Assembly (NCBI GenBank): GCA_963924565.1
Contig: OZ004612.1
Span: 21,080,001-21,144,000, forward strand
From: Ascidiella aspersa
Taxonomy: Eukaryota
Reading direction: 5' to 3'
DNA length: 64,000 bases
The translations under genes and the position numbers were made by a program. Positions within the stretch are counted from its first letter, which is position 1, and each line of letters begins with the position of its first letter. The notes under the pieces are model-generated. The model was given only the letters and a program-made list of their open reading frames with translations. It made no database searches and had not been told where the DNA came from. Shown piece after piece: positions 20,730-34,372 of the stretch.

Positions 20730-22595
20730 AATTAGACGAAACTCCGTCGTTTTCGAGGCTTGGCAATAATGCATTATAAAGAAGCTCAAGGAAAGCATTT
20801 CAGTTAGACAAACATAGGTAATGCGGCTTTGCTTAGTTGGTACGAAAAAAATCGCTCGATCTACTGTCGCTGTCCTGGTGATGTCAAGTAGTTTTCGGTA
20901 CAAACACGACACTGTTTATTGAACGGCCTCGTCTAACGCGAGAAAAGCCCGTGGCCCGTTTAAACGTGATAAATCACTAATGACATTTCATTTTATAGAG
21001 CAACGCCGTGTAAGTTTTGTAATATTGTTTTAAACGTTAATATAACACCTTTTTTTTAATTTTCGCTGCTAAAATATACAGTAACGTGCCATTAATGGGT
21101 CGGCTACATCGCTATAACACTTGTTTATGATGCAAAATGCCACCAGAGAAGGCGAGGCTCCCACAGGGCGCAGAGACATCACCCATTTTCTGTTTGTCTA
21201 GCTATAATACAATAAGTTCCCTTTTGGTTTGCATGAAGCTGTTTCGATCTCTGCTAGACAAATCTCAACAAATAAATATGTAAAGATTTCTTAACTGTCG
21301 TTAATCAACTTATATATGCAAAGATTTTCCAACTCTAGTTAACCAACTTATATAAATATTCCCAAACAGTAGTTAACCCAACAAATAAAACTAATTCGGG
21401 TTTCTAAAGTTATTAACATTATAATTTTATAAATTTCTGGTAGTAATAAAACTATTCCTAACGGTTTTAGAGAATCTGCAATGTATCGATCGTATTTTCG
21501 AACAAACCATCAAATTTAATCATGCGTATTTTTAAAAACATAAGAAAATTTAAAGCGTTATTTCTCATATAAAGCGATTTCGGAACAGGAACAAAGCAAC
21601 CCAGAAAAGTCTAACCATATCTTAACAACAACAAACCGCATTGATTATATTAGATATAGTAAGAAGTAAGTGTTTTTGTGAGGGTTTTTTCCCTTTATTG
21701 GTTATTTTAAAATATCGACATCCAGTGACAAACATTAGGCGTTGCATACTGCCGCTAGATCAAACTCAATAAACTCTCGTGACTGATGAATAAGCCTAGA
21801 AGGGTTGCGTGGCAGCAGCGATAGTTTAAAAATGCATAGATCACGTTAGTGAAACATCTTTTGTCTTTGGATGCTTCCGTTGGTTTACGCGAACTTTACC
21901 CAGCGCAAATACTAATGTTGTTTATGGCAGTCAATGGGCCACAACTTCCAATATAATAACAAGCTGTATAGCCTTTTGTTTACACTCTGTGGGCATTTGT
22001 CATTGCTGCGTTCACAGCGCCACACAGATAAGTAAACGTTTTGTTTGTGAAAGTACAGTCACATCAGCTCTTTGAAAAGCAAGCCCCGAATTAGTATGTA
22101 ACAATTTATAGCAACTCTTTAATTTATGTTGTTGACACAGGTAACGTGTTAAAATGCCTCTCTTATTAAAATTAACGTGTTAAAATGACCCTCTAGTTAA
22201 ATTCCCTTATTGTTTTACGAGTACCTATAAATACATTGCGACTGCATTAAAGAAGTGAAGCTGTTATTTTAGGGTTTAAAGCGGCTTATAATTTCCTTGA
22301 ATAATTTGTATGCCCTGAGGCAAAAATTAACAAAGGGTTGCAAAAAGAGACTCCACATTCAATTTCTGAATCTATTTCTTCCAGTAAGTTTCCAAAAATC
22401 TATTTTGCAGTAAGTGAAGTGTACTGATGTAAATTTATTCCGTGAAAAAGTTGCATTGGAAACTAAATAAAAATAGTTTCTAGTCTTGTGATAGTTTAGT
22501 TGCTTGATCATGGGGTATTTTAATCTTTTTTATTGTTAACTGTTAAGCGAACATTGTTTATTGGGGCGAATCTAAAATATAAACAAGTTTTGCTA

Positions 22596-25500
22596 ATGGC
22601 GGGAACCAATTTAGTTGTAGCTATTAAAAGGCGATATGTTACGATCATGTTATTTGCAACCACCGGTATATTCGTCTTTTCAAGACTTGCTGTCGATGAT
22701 ATCACACTAAACAACACTAAAAGGTAATATCTTATAAGCTTTGTAAATGTTTGTTCTAAAAATATACTTATATGCTGCCATATTACTTCCAGTATTGTTT
22801 TACCATCTTAAGCCTATAACTAGCCTAATTTGTTGTTTGATTTTCTTCGTCTTATTTTAATTTAATAGTTACCAATTTATTTTTTTGCTTTTGGCATACG
22901 AAAAATTGATGTATTCCAAATCCTGTAAAATAAGTTTAAATATTTGCTTGGAGACTTGTTACACAACCAAAATGGAAAGCCGCGAATAAAAATAGAATTA
23001 TTTTGACTTTCGTAATTTTTTATTTATTTATAAAAAGTTCATTAATAGTAAATTAAATTATAGCCTGTTAAGTGCCTGGATATTTTACATTCATAGCAAC
23101 ATTGTTGATTTTACAATCTTTGCACAGTGTCGCAAAGGGGTAGACTCGTTTCAAGTCGCTAGGATTCTTAATCTCCTATATACTTACGTTAAATCCTGAA
23201 TTTTTTAAACTAAATCGTTATACGTAACTTTATTATAGGTTGTCTTATAATAATATATAAATAAAACAAAAACATAAAGTTTTAAACCAAACTTACCAAT
23301 GTATAATGTACAGCTTCTTCATTTTGTAACGGCAATTTGTTAACCATAAAATTTCTACAATAAAAATAACTATACCTTACATGGGTGCACAACATGTCAC
23401 AGTTAACGCAATAAATTTAGAAATAAACGACAACAAACGGTGTTAACCCTATGCAAGTCTGGGAAAGTTTAACAGGAATAAATATTATGACAAACGGGAC
23501 GTTTAACTGCTTTATATCCAGGCATAATTTTGCTTCCAGATATCGTGTCTGCCACCGAGCGAAATGGCATCGCAAAATCCAACTATCTGTTGTAAATGGA
23601 CTTTGGTTGGCCGACCGCCAGACAGACTACAACGACGTAACGCTTGTTACACAAACTGACATTTACAAGTTAAGAAATATTGCAGCAATTGCTAACTCGT
23701 GGCAGGGACCAATCAATGTTGCGGTGTACCTGAATCACGTAAGTCCCAATAAACCTTTGTTTCAAACAAAGTGTTTTACCGCTGAAGTTTTTACTAAACA
23801 TTGACTTAATTTATCGATTAAGACAATGGCAAACTCAGCGGCTTGGGGAACTTTATTTTTAACAGAATGTCGCACTATCCTTAAATCTATAATATTTTTC
23901 TATAGCAACATGCCTTTGCAATCATGGAAAAATGAGTTTTAAAATATGAGTTGGGCTATTTCAACAATTTTATATATAGTTTGGTTAATTAATTTTCAAA
24001 GAAATTGCTACCGGTACAGTACTTTTCTTACAAACAATACAATTTCATAAGGTATTTTGCAAATACAATCTAAACACATAATGATTTGTAGGAAAATTTT
24101 GCCAGTGAATTGCTGCAGCTCGTTAAAGATTTTCGGACCTGTTTTAAACCGGTCAAACAACACGTAGCGTGGAGTTTTGCCTTTCCATCGACTGGGTTCA
24201 ACGAAAACGAAGTCTGCTTCACACTTAGTGATTCAACTGCTCCAGCGGACTGTGAACATGTTGCGGAAACCCTTCATCTTGCACAAAAAAAGACAATAGA
24301 GCGGAATAACCATAAAGCGTTCCCTATAAACTTTATGAGGAACGTTGCGCGAAACAACACAACCACCGCCTACCATTTTACAGTCGACGTTGACTTAATG
24401 GTTTCGAAACATTTGCGTCAAAGTTTTCTCGCGTTTGCACACCGAAATCGTCTCCTTGAAACGCTCGCAAAAGTGGACAGAGCCCCTCTGGCCAGGACAG
24501 TGTTCGCGATTCCAGTCTTTGAACATCAACGACCACAAACAGCTCACCCACAGGTTAATATTGCAAAAACGACAGCAGTTACACTAGATAAAAGGGCTAA
24601 GAAGCAGCAAACTAACAAGCTGACATCCTTCCTCAATTCTAAAAATCAATCTCTAGTCCAAATCCAACACTTTTATAATCAGTCGTTAGTTGAACGCATG
24701 ACGTTCGGAATGAAAACAATATTGCTCGCAAGCTATGGTGAAAAGGACCACACCGAAGAATCAGTTGTTCAAAATCTTCCTTTGACCGCAACTGCTCTTT
24801 TCCACGAGTATTTCGTGTCCTGCAACGCTCGTGTTTTCCATGCCTGGTGCGATACTTGCTACCACTTCACGGACTACATGAGGTTTGGGAATGATAGTTA
24901 AGGCAGCTCTATATAAGGAATACCCCCACGTCGTTTGTTTTGTTTAGTTAAAATGTTATATTTATAAGCCTTAGGAAAATAGCATATTACCTATTTTCAG
25001 TTGTAATTTTCAATAGATATGAATAAACATATTATGAAAAAAGGATAGTGTTCGATAGCGGAGATATTATATTGTTTTATTATTTTTTGATTAGATGGTT
25101 CGACTCATCATCAAAATTGCATCGTTTAAACAGGAGCAATGAACTGGAAATATCCCATTACGTCGCATGGAAATTTCCGTTTGAACCTTATGTAATATCC
25201 CCAAGCAATGTACCGCTTTACAACCAAGAGTTTCGTGGCTACGGATTCAACAAAGTTAGTCAGGTATTTTGCTCAAAGACAAATTTGTAATGCCAAATCA
25301 ACACCATTGATTTACAATTGAAATAAGCAGACTGGTATGAAACTATTAAAATCGGAATAACAGGAGTCCAAACCTAAAATAAAAACCTTTTTTTTGTTTA
25401 CTCTTTATAACATTATCTTGTTTTGCTTGTAATTTCTGCAGTCATTCGAAACGGCAATGGCTGGGTTCCGGTTTGCTGTCATGGCCAACGCTTTTCTGGT

Positions 25501-25621
25501 ACACGCCGGTTGGAAGTCGCCTACAAGAGGTTTGCAAAAGGAGGAACAGAAAGCAAATCAATTGCGTTGGCAAAAGTTCAAGTGGAAGTTACAAAAGAAA
25601 TATGGAAGAAAAGAGCCTTGA
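22596..25621 (+). CDS. B4GAT1: GT49 glycosyltransferase, beta-1,4-glucuronyltransferase 1-like (B4GAT1/B3GNT1; related to the LARGE C-terminal domain); 5 exons, ~494 aa
   Basis: Exons 22596-22723, 23522-23738, 24092-24882, 25095-25263, 25442-25621 with consistent phases (1485 nt). Type II anchor (KRR followed by a hydrophobic run). GT49 motifs DVTLVTQ, WQGPINVAVY, FPINFMRNVAR, DVD (DxD), CxxC..TDYMRW, FEPYVI, FRGYGFNKVSQ, AGFRFAVMANAFLVHAGWK. The symbol is family-level; orthology is untested. Confidence 0.88.
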
Positions 25622-25836
25622 AAGATATCTGGTGCGCTTAACCAATTTCCTTGGGAATAGGTGTGGATTTGCAAAACCAGTTAAATCGAACTTAGTCAGT
25701 CGTTGTATAACGCCTTGTCCAAGCACAGTTTTGTGAATATTCCTGAAACGCCAAAACAGTTAGAAGGATTTCGTATATAACGGCTCAAAATCTATATAAC
25801 ATTATTAATGGACAACGGAAACACATGACCTGAAGA

Positions 25837-26417
25837 GCAGAAACAGCTATAAAACCATAGTATTAAAACCAACGACATAATAAAGCCAAATACGACGTAA
25901 TATCCACGACATAATAATAACTCAATTGTCTGAATAAGACATAAACCTGTCCAAATAATTTCAAAATTTATCGGAATGCCTAATAGGGTAAAATAACTCC
26001 TAAAACTGTAGGAAAAGGGTGTGGAGCAATCGGGGGTCATTGATCTGGCATCGGCCGTTGTGGTGTCGATATTTGGGCGCCCTAGTTTAAATGGCGTGCT
26101 TGAGGGCGCAGCTGTTTTGGCACCAGATTTTTTGTGCTGTTTGGGGTTATTGGTGGGTAATGGCTGGGGTTAAAAAATCGGTTGGGGTTGAAATTATTAG
26201 GGGAGTTGGTGATATACATGGGGGTGGGATTTGGGGCTAACTAAATTCTTTTATAGGTCTGATTCTGGTCATTTGGTGTTATTTCGACGGGTTTAGGTTT
26301 TAGGCCGCTTTTTTGTATTACAACTATTAGATATAGGAGTCTTATTAACTCCTATTCCGAACTGAGTTTTATTCCGACGTTGTTGTTGTTCTTATTTTGG
26401 TCTTATGGCTGGAGTCC
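25837..26417 (+). mobile_element. Foldback-like dispersed repeat, copy A
   Basis: Imperfect inverted arms built of (CG)GAATAAGAC-like modules around a GC-rich core and a GGGGTTA-rich tract. Homologous copies at 32683-33235, 40075-40605 and 49520-50046 (reverse), plus fragments. Confidence 0.7.
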
Positions 26418-26719
26418 GGTACAACATCATAGCGTTTTATTTTTTTGTTGAAACTTGGCTTGAATTATTCTTATTTTTTTGTGTAAATTTTAATAAAAGT
26501 TATAAACGTCATTTACTGGGCATGCTTTGATCTCACAGTGTAAAATAAGTTTGATAAATTGGTCTCATGTGCTGCCGAACAAAAGGCACGAGATCAAGTT
26601 GCTAAATATGTTGATGTCTCACTTGGTAATAGCTTTACAAAACCGAAGAAAAACACAATTTTTAGTTAGCTTCAAATTTTATTCAGTCACACTGTTGCGA
26701 TTAGGTAACAGTTTATTCA

Positions 26720-26890
<171 letters not shown>

Positions 26891-28432
26891 CTAGTAATCT
26901 ATAGTTGATGGCTATTTTTCCTAACAGCGGAGGTTACGAAAATCCAAGCTGAAAACCTCTAATTATTATCCACCTGAATAAATGCACGTATAAGTTTGCT
27001 GAGATTTGATTAAAAAAAATATCTATGTCATATTTAAAACAAGGCCGGACGAAGTCATAGCGCGTTCGGTAGGCGACAGAATGCAAGGCAAGGTGAGCCT
27101 CAGAACCACAAGAAATCGCGCAGCGTATGATGCGAAATCGGTCTATTCTAAATCTAACACTCTTGTTTACCTAATTAAACCTAATTACCACAAACAACCT
27201 GTATGGCACGCAAAAAAAACTCGTTGATTTGATCACTCATTATTATTTTCGGGGACATTACAAGGTAAAAATCCTGCCTTTTGCCAGAATTAGAATTTGC
27301 CACGGTTATTTTGTTGAATGCAAGTATATTTAGACCTTGTGTAGTGTTTTGCCTGATAAATCAAAATTTATTTAACTGTACAATTGAAATTTGAATCTTC
27401 ATCGATGTATTAGCAAGAGCTATTGCAATTAAAAAAACTATTGCAATCTAGGGTTTAGCTTAACCCTTAATAGTTATTCTGACATTTAAGTTGAGTGTTT
27501 TCTGTTCTTGTTCCCTAATATTTTTGCTATTTTTATTCCTCTGTTTGTCGTATTTTACGTAGGTGTGGTTTTGTGAATATTACAAAAAACTTAACATCTT
27601 AAACTATTGTTCGACGCAACCATGGTTATGTAATTGATAACAAACGGTCTTACCTGACAAGCATCTTGTCCACCAGTCCCAATATATCCCAAGCATACCA
27701 TACTGTCTTTAATCGCGGAAATATAGGCCTTCTTACATTGTTCGTTAGTAATAACGGGCACGGTAGCCCCCTGGAGAGTTGCTGGGTAATTTGTACCTGT
27801 TTTACGAATTTTAGAGTTGAAAATGTAAAAAATTGACATATTTTTGTGGTAATTAGGCAAGATTTAAATAACACAAAACGTTTTTTCTATATTCCTGTAC
27901 TTAAAACTTAAAACCCTGTACTCTATGTCCTGCTTTTGCTAAATTTTACCTTTGAGGCACAGTAACATGATAAAATTTAAATAATCAAACACGCAGATAA
28001 TTTGCAGGATGATATCAATGAGTAAAAATATAGTTTTAAAGAACAAATTTCACGACGCCGTTTACCAAATAAATTGACAATGGAGCTTCTACATCTCAGC
28101 AAAAAAGCGTAACAGATGTTAATTTTAAAACTTTTGCTTCATTGACAATTTTTTAGTTATATTTTTATATTTGTGGCTTTGATAAATTTACAAACTAGAA
28201 TGCACTTACCAACCGATTGCGTGTTGCCCCATCCGTATACCTGGCAAAGCGAACCGGCAGATGGACTTATATTGCTCACGTCTTGCATTGGAAGTTTGGC
28301 ATATCTGACATATTCACTCTCGTAGATGGCTGACTGCGAAAACAAATCAGCACAGTATTTATGTCTAATTTATACCAAAACATAAACTCTAAACGTCTTT
28401 TGTGAAATAGGGTAGCGGTATACAGTTTAGGG

Positions 28433-29935
28433 CAGAGGTTCCCAACATGGGCGGTACCGCCCCCTTGTGGGCGTTGGTGAGTTACAAGGGGGCGTTTTGG
28501 GTCTTTTTCTCATTTGGGGGGGGGGGGGGCGCTGAAAGCACATAAGGGGGCGTTACATAAAACTACTTTTCGCAAAATTTTATAAAAAGTTCATATAAAA
28601 ATAGTAATAAACAGCACTGTGGTAACATTTAAGCTGAAATGGCAACTTCGTATTGCTAACTTGTGGTAGTTTTTCGCCAATTGTTAACTTCTGGGCTAAC
28701 AATTGGCTTTCTGATGTAACGTTATTGGTTGTTGTTGCGTTTTAAAGTTTTATACGCGGCAAAATGTTGCATATTTAAAACAGGGGTCGCCAACCTACGG
28801 CCCACGCCGGATTTGGCCCTCCGCCTCTTAGCAACTAGACACGAGTCCATTTCAAATACTTTTAACTATTTTAACTACGTACGTGCAAAAAAATTTCGCG
28901 TTTCGCGCGAATCATCTTTCTTCGTCCGGTTTGTTTACGTTTTAAGGTCTTTTGACCTATATCAGCGCTTATTTAGCGTTGTGCCGTGGAAGGCTGCTAA
29001 GTAAGTCGAGGACAAACGGAAAACGTATTAAAAAATATTGGACATATATTTTTTAACATTTTTCAATTTTTTTCTACAATGTAATAAAAATTAATCCCGC
29101 TCGCTTCCCTCGCCATGTGCGCCCGGACTTAACAAACACTGAACTAGATTAACTATTAAGATTATCGCGTTTTCTCAAAGTAGTTTTATTACACTTTTAA
29201 TTAGCCGTAAGGATGACAACGTGTGGACTCGAATTTTAAAACAAACAAACGTTTTTATTTCGCGCTTCACGCGAACACTTTGTTACTGCCTCCTTAAATG
29301 TAATTAAACACGGTTTTAACTGAAAAAAAATCCAATGCCCGCCTGATTCACAGTTGTGACATTTTGATAACACAGTTCTTATAGTTCAAATTGTGTGCGG
29401 CCCGCAGAGACCTTTCTCAATTTGGTAGGTCCCCGCGACTAGAAAAGGTTGCCGACGCCTGATGTAAAATCTCGGTGCAGAAAGTTAAATTTTTCCTAGT
29501 AATGATCATAGCCTTCTGAAATAATGTACGTATATAACGAATTAATCTTTATGTTGAATGACAAAAATGGATTTCATTATGAAACCGTGTTGATATGTTG
29601 ATTCGTCAGATATTTTAATAGCAAAGTAGTTTGAACAAGTGTGTTTAAACCTTAACGCAATTATTCTTGTATGTAAATTATATGTTCTGTTACCCACATG
29701 CTTTAGTTGTTTAATAGGCACCTACGTCATTAATTTAGCTCAATTTGTACACATGTTCATGTAAATTCCTATAATGAATGTATGTTAGACAACCTAAAAT
29801 ATCATTGAAACAAAAGTGCAGACAATATGATGTTACGATTAATATAATACTTTGCTGTAAAGCAAGATGAGGGGGAGATATGAAATAATACGGAGCCTAA
29901 GGGGGCACTAGTGTAGAAAAGGTTGGGAAACACTG
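28433..29935. mobile_element. hAT MITE in trypsin 4 intron 3, carrying a nested element
   Basis: CAGAGGTTCCCAAC...GTTGGGAAACACTG; perfect TSD GTTTAGGG. Confidence 0.88.
28781..29461 (+). mobile_element. hAT MITE family B, nested
   Basis: CAGGGGTCGCCAACC...GGTTGCCGACGCCTG; TSD ATTTAAAA/ATGTAAAA. Homologues at 30847-31300 and 34602-35320 (reverse). Confidence 0.85.
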
Positions 29936-30471
29936 GTTTAGGGCAAATTCAATACAAAAAAGTTATTCTTCATTAAGTAGTTTAACACCTGTTATTCATT
30001 TCTCTCACATGAAATGTTTCCCAATCTATTTGAAAAATCAGTAAACGATATGCTGATCAGTCGCTTAGAAAACTAACGATCCCCCGTTTTACATTCATAA
30101 ATAATACCCTAGCCTGAGGTGAGCATGCACAGTACCAAATTCGATATCAATAAGACCATAAATTGCAAATTGTAAAGGTGTAATAGCACATGGTGGAATA
30201 TTTTTAAACCACGTATAGTCGTACATTTTCACTATTGATCGACATATTCGGTGATTCTGCAACGGCTTCCGGTTTACAAAGGATACGTAAGCCGTAATCG
30301 TTAGTCAGAAAGCAGCTTCAGGAGGTCTAGAGTTGTTGAGCACATATGTGTGTGTATCTTTCATTGAATGATAATATGGTACTGTAGATCAGCTCAATGT
30401 AAAAGTTGCTTGCACTAACAGAATGTAGCAAGCTTTGACGTATGGTTATTTCTCGACTCACTCCTCTCTAA

Positions 30472-30534
30472 GCCTATGTATATCTCAGTTGGTAAAGCGG
30501 CGGAGGTGATTTCGAGCCCCACGTTAGGCTTTTT
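30472..30534 (+). pseudogene. tRNA-Lys-derived pseudogene or SINE head
   Basis: GCCTA..TATCTCAGTTGGTAAAGCG (A box) ... TTCGAGCCCCACGTTAGGC (B box, resembling the 3' half of metazoan tRNA-Lys-CUU), then T5. The anticodon arm is missing. Confidence 0.6.
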
Positions 30535-30846
30535 CTAGCTTACTTTGCTTGCATCATAAAGACAGATCGGTAAGTCTCCGATGGCTTTCGGTGTACCGTG
30601 TTTTGGGTAGATGAGGTATATGACATGGATTGCTGTAAATCCACACTGTTTTAGTTACGATATATGTGTGAAATACAAACTGTAATATCGGGCCACGACC
30701 CGGGAATCTAGGAGATCGGTAAATTTGACCGGAAACGAAATCGGGACTCGGAAATCGTACTCGACTCTATTTTGACGTCCACAGCCGGGCTCGGGAGTTG
30801 GACTCTTTTATTAACCGGTTTCACAGCCCTTTTTCACGGTAAAGCG

Positions 30847-31300
30847 CAGGGGTCTATGGCCCGCCGATGTAATTCATCCGGCCCGCCGCCTCTTTGACAA
30901 ACTTAGACAAGTCCATTTAACATGCTTTTTGAATATTTTTACTACGTAATTGCGAAAATTTTTTCCGCTTCGCGCGAATGTTCATTCTACCCATCCGTCC
31001 GTTGCGTTTAGTTTTGATGCTGCCGTTTCAACGAGATCAGCGCTTCTTTGCCGTTGCGCCGTGGAAGGCTGCCAAGTGCGTCGCGAAAAAACGGAAAACG
31101 TATTCAAAAATATTAGACCAGTATTTTTTAACATGTTTTTTTATTTTCGGCAATAATAAAAACTTGCAAGAAATTTAAAAAAAACGCGCTCGCTTCGATC
31201 GCCAGGTGCGCCTTGACTTAAAACGATTAACAAACTCAGAGCTATAGATTAACTTTAAATGTCATCGCGTTCCCTCAAAGTAGTTCTGTAAATGTAATTA
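30847..31300 (+). mobile_element. Truncated hAT MITE family B
   Basis: Colinear similarity to 28781-29190. Confidence 0.7.
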
Positions 31301-32682
31301 AACACGGTGCACCCATTTTCTCCTACATTGAAATAATCTTCCCGTTTGTGGATGCCACCAGTTTTAATCCTAATTTCACAATTAAAAAAATCCTAATTTC
31401 AACAATTAAAATACAATACACGGGTGTAAATAAAATTTATAATATGACACTTAATTTTGCACTTATGGTACGTGAGTTATTGCAAAAAAAATTAAAAATA
31501 TTTTTCGTTTTTATGACGTATGCTGTTTTATGTTCTTGTTATGGATACTAATTACACTTTTACAAAGCTGCCTAAACCATTTTTTACCAATGATAATCTT
31601 TATTCCGCTGTCAAACCAACCTAGTTTTACTTACGGCCAACTCGATCAGCATGATGTCATTTTCCAAAGTATTGCTGTTGTATTGTGGGTGGACCGCAGT
31701 TCTTTTGCCTTCGACAGTTTGTTCTTTCCCTTCGTCAGTGTAGATGTAGGTGTCTCCCGCAGTAATTTTCAAGTTGCTGGCGCTGCGAAGATCGGCAAGA
31801 TTTAAACAGATGTTGAGAACTAAACCCTTACCAAACGGCATGCAAGTTATAGTTGCTTACATAGAATCGCAGTGGGCAGCTGACATGACGTAGTTCGAGC
31901 TGATTAGTGTTCCGCCGCACATCACGGGAGGCACCGACCCTCTTGATGTTGACAATATACTTAACGGAGTTATCTATGACTGGAGTTCCTCCCACAACCT
32001 TTTCGGAGGCGGCCGCTGTGTCAAATAAACCAAACTAGATTAACATTACCTTTGTCTTCGCCGAAAGGCTAACACGTGATTGTATATTTTTGTAAAATAC
32101 CTGCCAAATAAAGTGAACGAACATTTCAAATATGATCTTTGTCAATTTTGCAAGTTAAAGTTGTGAAATGAACGATATATTTTTCAAAGATACAATGTGG
32201 ATTTATTCGGCCTCTGAAGAAAATTGTTTAGACCAGGGCTCCGTAATCCGTACTATAGCCAGCAGAACCAAACGTATATGTAAGATCGGCCAGACAGATT
32301 TTGTCATGACCAAAATAATGTTTTGTATATATCAGTCACAAACCAAATAATGTATTTAATGTTGATTGGTATTCAAAGTTTGATTAAATCGTGCTCTCCA
32401 TATATCTAACTTGCCAGCTGTTAGCCTACTCCATCAAAAACGTTGCGAACCGCGTGACCTTTATTGACAAGTTAGATCCTGTGCGCTGCCGATTCAAACA
32501 CGAGAGCCATGGTGGAACGTATTATGTGATGTTTTTAAATAACAAATGTGTCACATAAATGTATCGTATTCTGTGTGCCTCATCACACCAATGCACCTAA
32601 AGAGATTCCAAAAAGTGTCGAAACTTTTTCTAATTTGGAAATATAAATCTGTATTTTTCACTGAAAACGCACAACAATACAT

Positions 32683-33235
32683 AAAGCAGAAAAATCTATA
32701 AAACCATAGCATTAAGACCAACGACATAACAAAGTCAAATGCGCAGTAATATCCAGTACAGAATAAGAACGAAATCTGCCGGAATACGCCCTAAATTCAT
32801 CGAAACAAGGCCTAAATAGCCCAAATAACGCCTGAAACTGTAGGTAGAGGGTGTGACGATCGGGGGCCATGTGTCTGGCATCGGCCGTTGTGGTGTCGAC
32901 GTTTGGATGCCCTAGTTTGACAGGCGCCGCTGTTTTGGTTACGGATTTTTGAACCTGTTTGGGGTTATTGGTGGGTAATGGATGGGGTTAGAAAATGGGT
33001 TAAGGATGAAATTATAAGGGGAGTTCGTGAAGTACTTAGGGGTGGGGTTTGAGGTTAGGTAGAGTTGTTTAGGCATTATTCTGAACATTTAGGTCTTATT
33101 CCGACTTGTTTACGACTTAATTCCGATTTAGACGGTACTACGACTATAATGTATTAGTTGTATTTTAGTCTTATTCTGAACAGTGTTGATTGCGACCTGA
33201 ATGTTGTTCTTATCTTGGTTCTATGGCTGGAGTCC
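32683..33235 (+). mobile_element. Foldback-like repeat, copy B (trypsin 4 intron 1)
   Basis: Colinear with 25837-26417, from GCAGAAA..CTATAAAACCATAG to ATGGCTGGAGTCC. Confidence 0.7.
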
Positions 33236-34372
33236 ATTCAGATTCAGAGGCATCCAACCAAGCATGTGAGCATTGAATGCGTGCTATCACTCGGAAGACT
33301 GATAAAATACAATGGTATTGTCGTGTCGTTTATTAAGGGTCGTTTGTCAAGACTAGTTATTATTGTTTTGTAGAAAGTGTGCCACGAACATTTTCGGCTT
33401 CCTTGGTGCACACACGCTGAAAAAGTTAAAAAGGACTGTTCATGCGGTAGGATGTGTTTTTATTTTTTTCCGTATAATCCGATTTTGTGGACACAGAACA
33501 TTTCGAGTGTAGCTTAGAATTAGATCTGATCCCGTTTCTATACGTGAGATTTATCCTTATTTTTAAGGTCTACATCGTAGACAATTGTGGTTCTTATATC
33601 TAAGAAATGTGTCTTATGTTTAGTCTAAGTAACAGTTGTAAGTTTAAACAGATTTAGTATCATCAGTTTCGTGGAATTGCTTGCTGCAAAAATATTTTTT
33701 TCCAGCCTTTCTTTTCTTTGCTTTTGAAGCAATGGTAATCCCGCTAGTAATAAATTTATTATTAACGCTTTAACATATTGTTTTATGTGCTTAAGAAAGA
33801 GGTTATTTCGACTAATATATAACTATAAGCACTGCAAAATCTGTTTCGTATACTTACCAGCATAATGTACCAAGACGGCGAGTATGAACAACTTCATCTT
33901 TGTTAAAACCTTAATTCCGTTGTTAAAAATGTAAACCTGTCGTCCTTACGGCCCTAAGCAATAAACCTATATTTTTTTCGTGTTAGGCACTTGTTGGCCG
34001 TTTCCTGGCCGCTTGCTAGCCACTTGTGGTAAACAGATGTCAGTTTTCCCTACATCGACGTTTTTCTCACGATAAAAAAATGGTAACACAAAATGTGTTG
34101 ACCCATCCGACACGAAATGTAAGACACAAATGTAATGCAAATTTTTCATATTTTCATTTCATAATTTCTAAACTTTGTGCCGAAGTCTCAATAAGTCAGC
34201 CAAAATATTGCGATTTTTGAGTCAGCCAACATTTCTGTTATACACTATACACACAGATATTAGCTTTTTGTAAATTAAAACGATATTTTAGCAAAGTTGA
34301 ACAATAGTGATACCTAATGTTCATTTTTATTTCCTTTTGTTAAATTTGAATGTAAATGTTAAGCCACTTAAG

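Noticed and set aside
26140-26245. Interstitial telomere
   Set aside because: The GGGTTA-like words are irregularly spaced and are an internal part of the dispersed foldback-like family.
32101-32125. Alternative first exon for trypsin 4 (MFVHFIWQ|gt)
   Set aside because: It ends in phase 0, which is incompatible with the phase-1 exon 2, and encodes no signal peptide. The true 40-nt exon 1 homologue is at 33858-33897.
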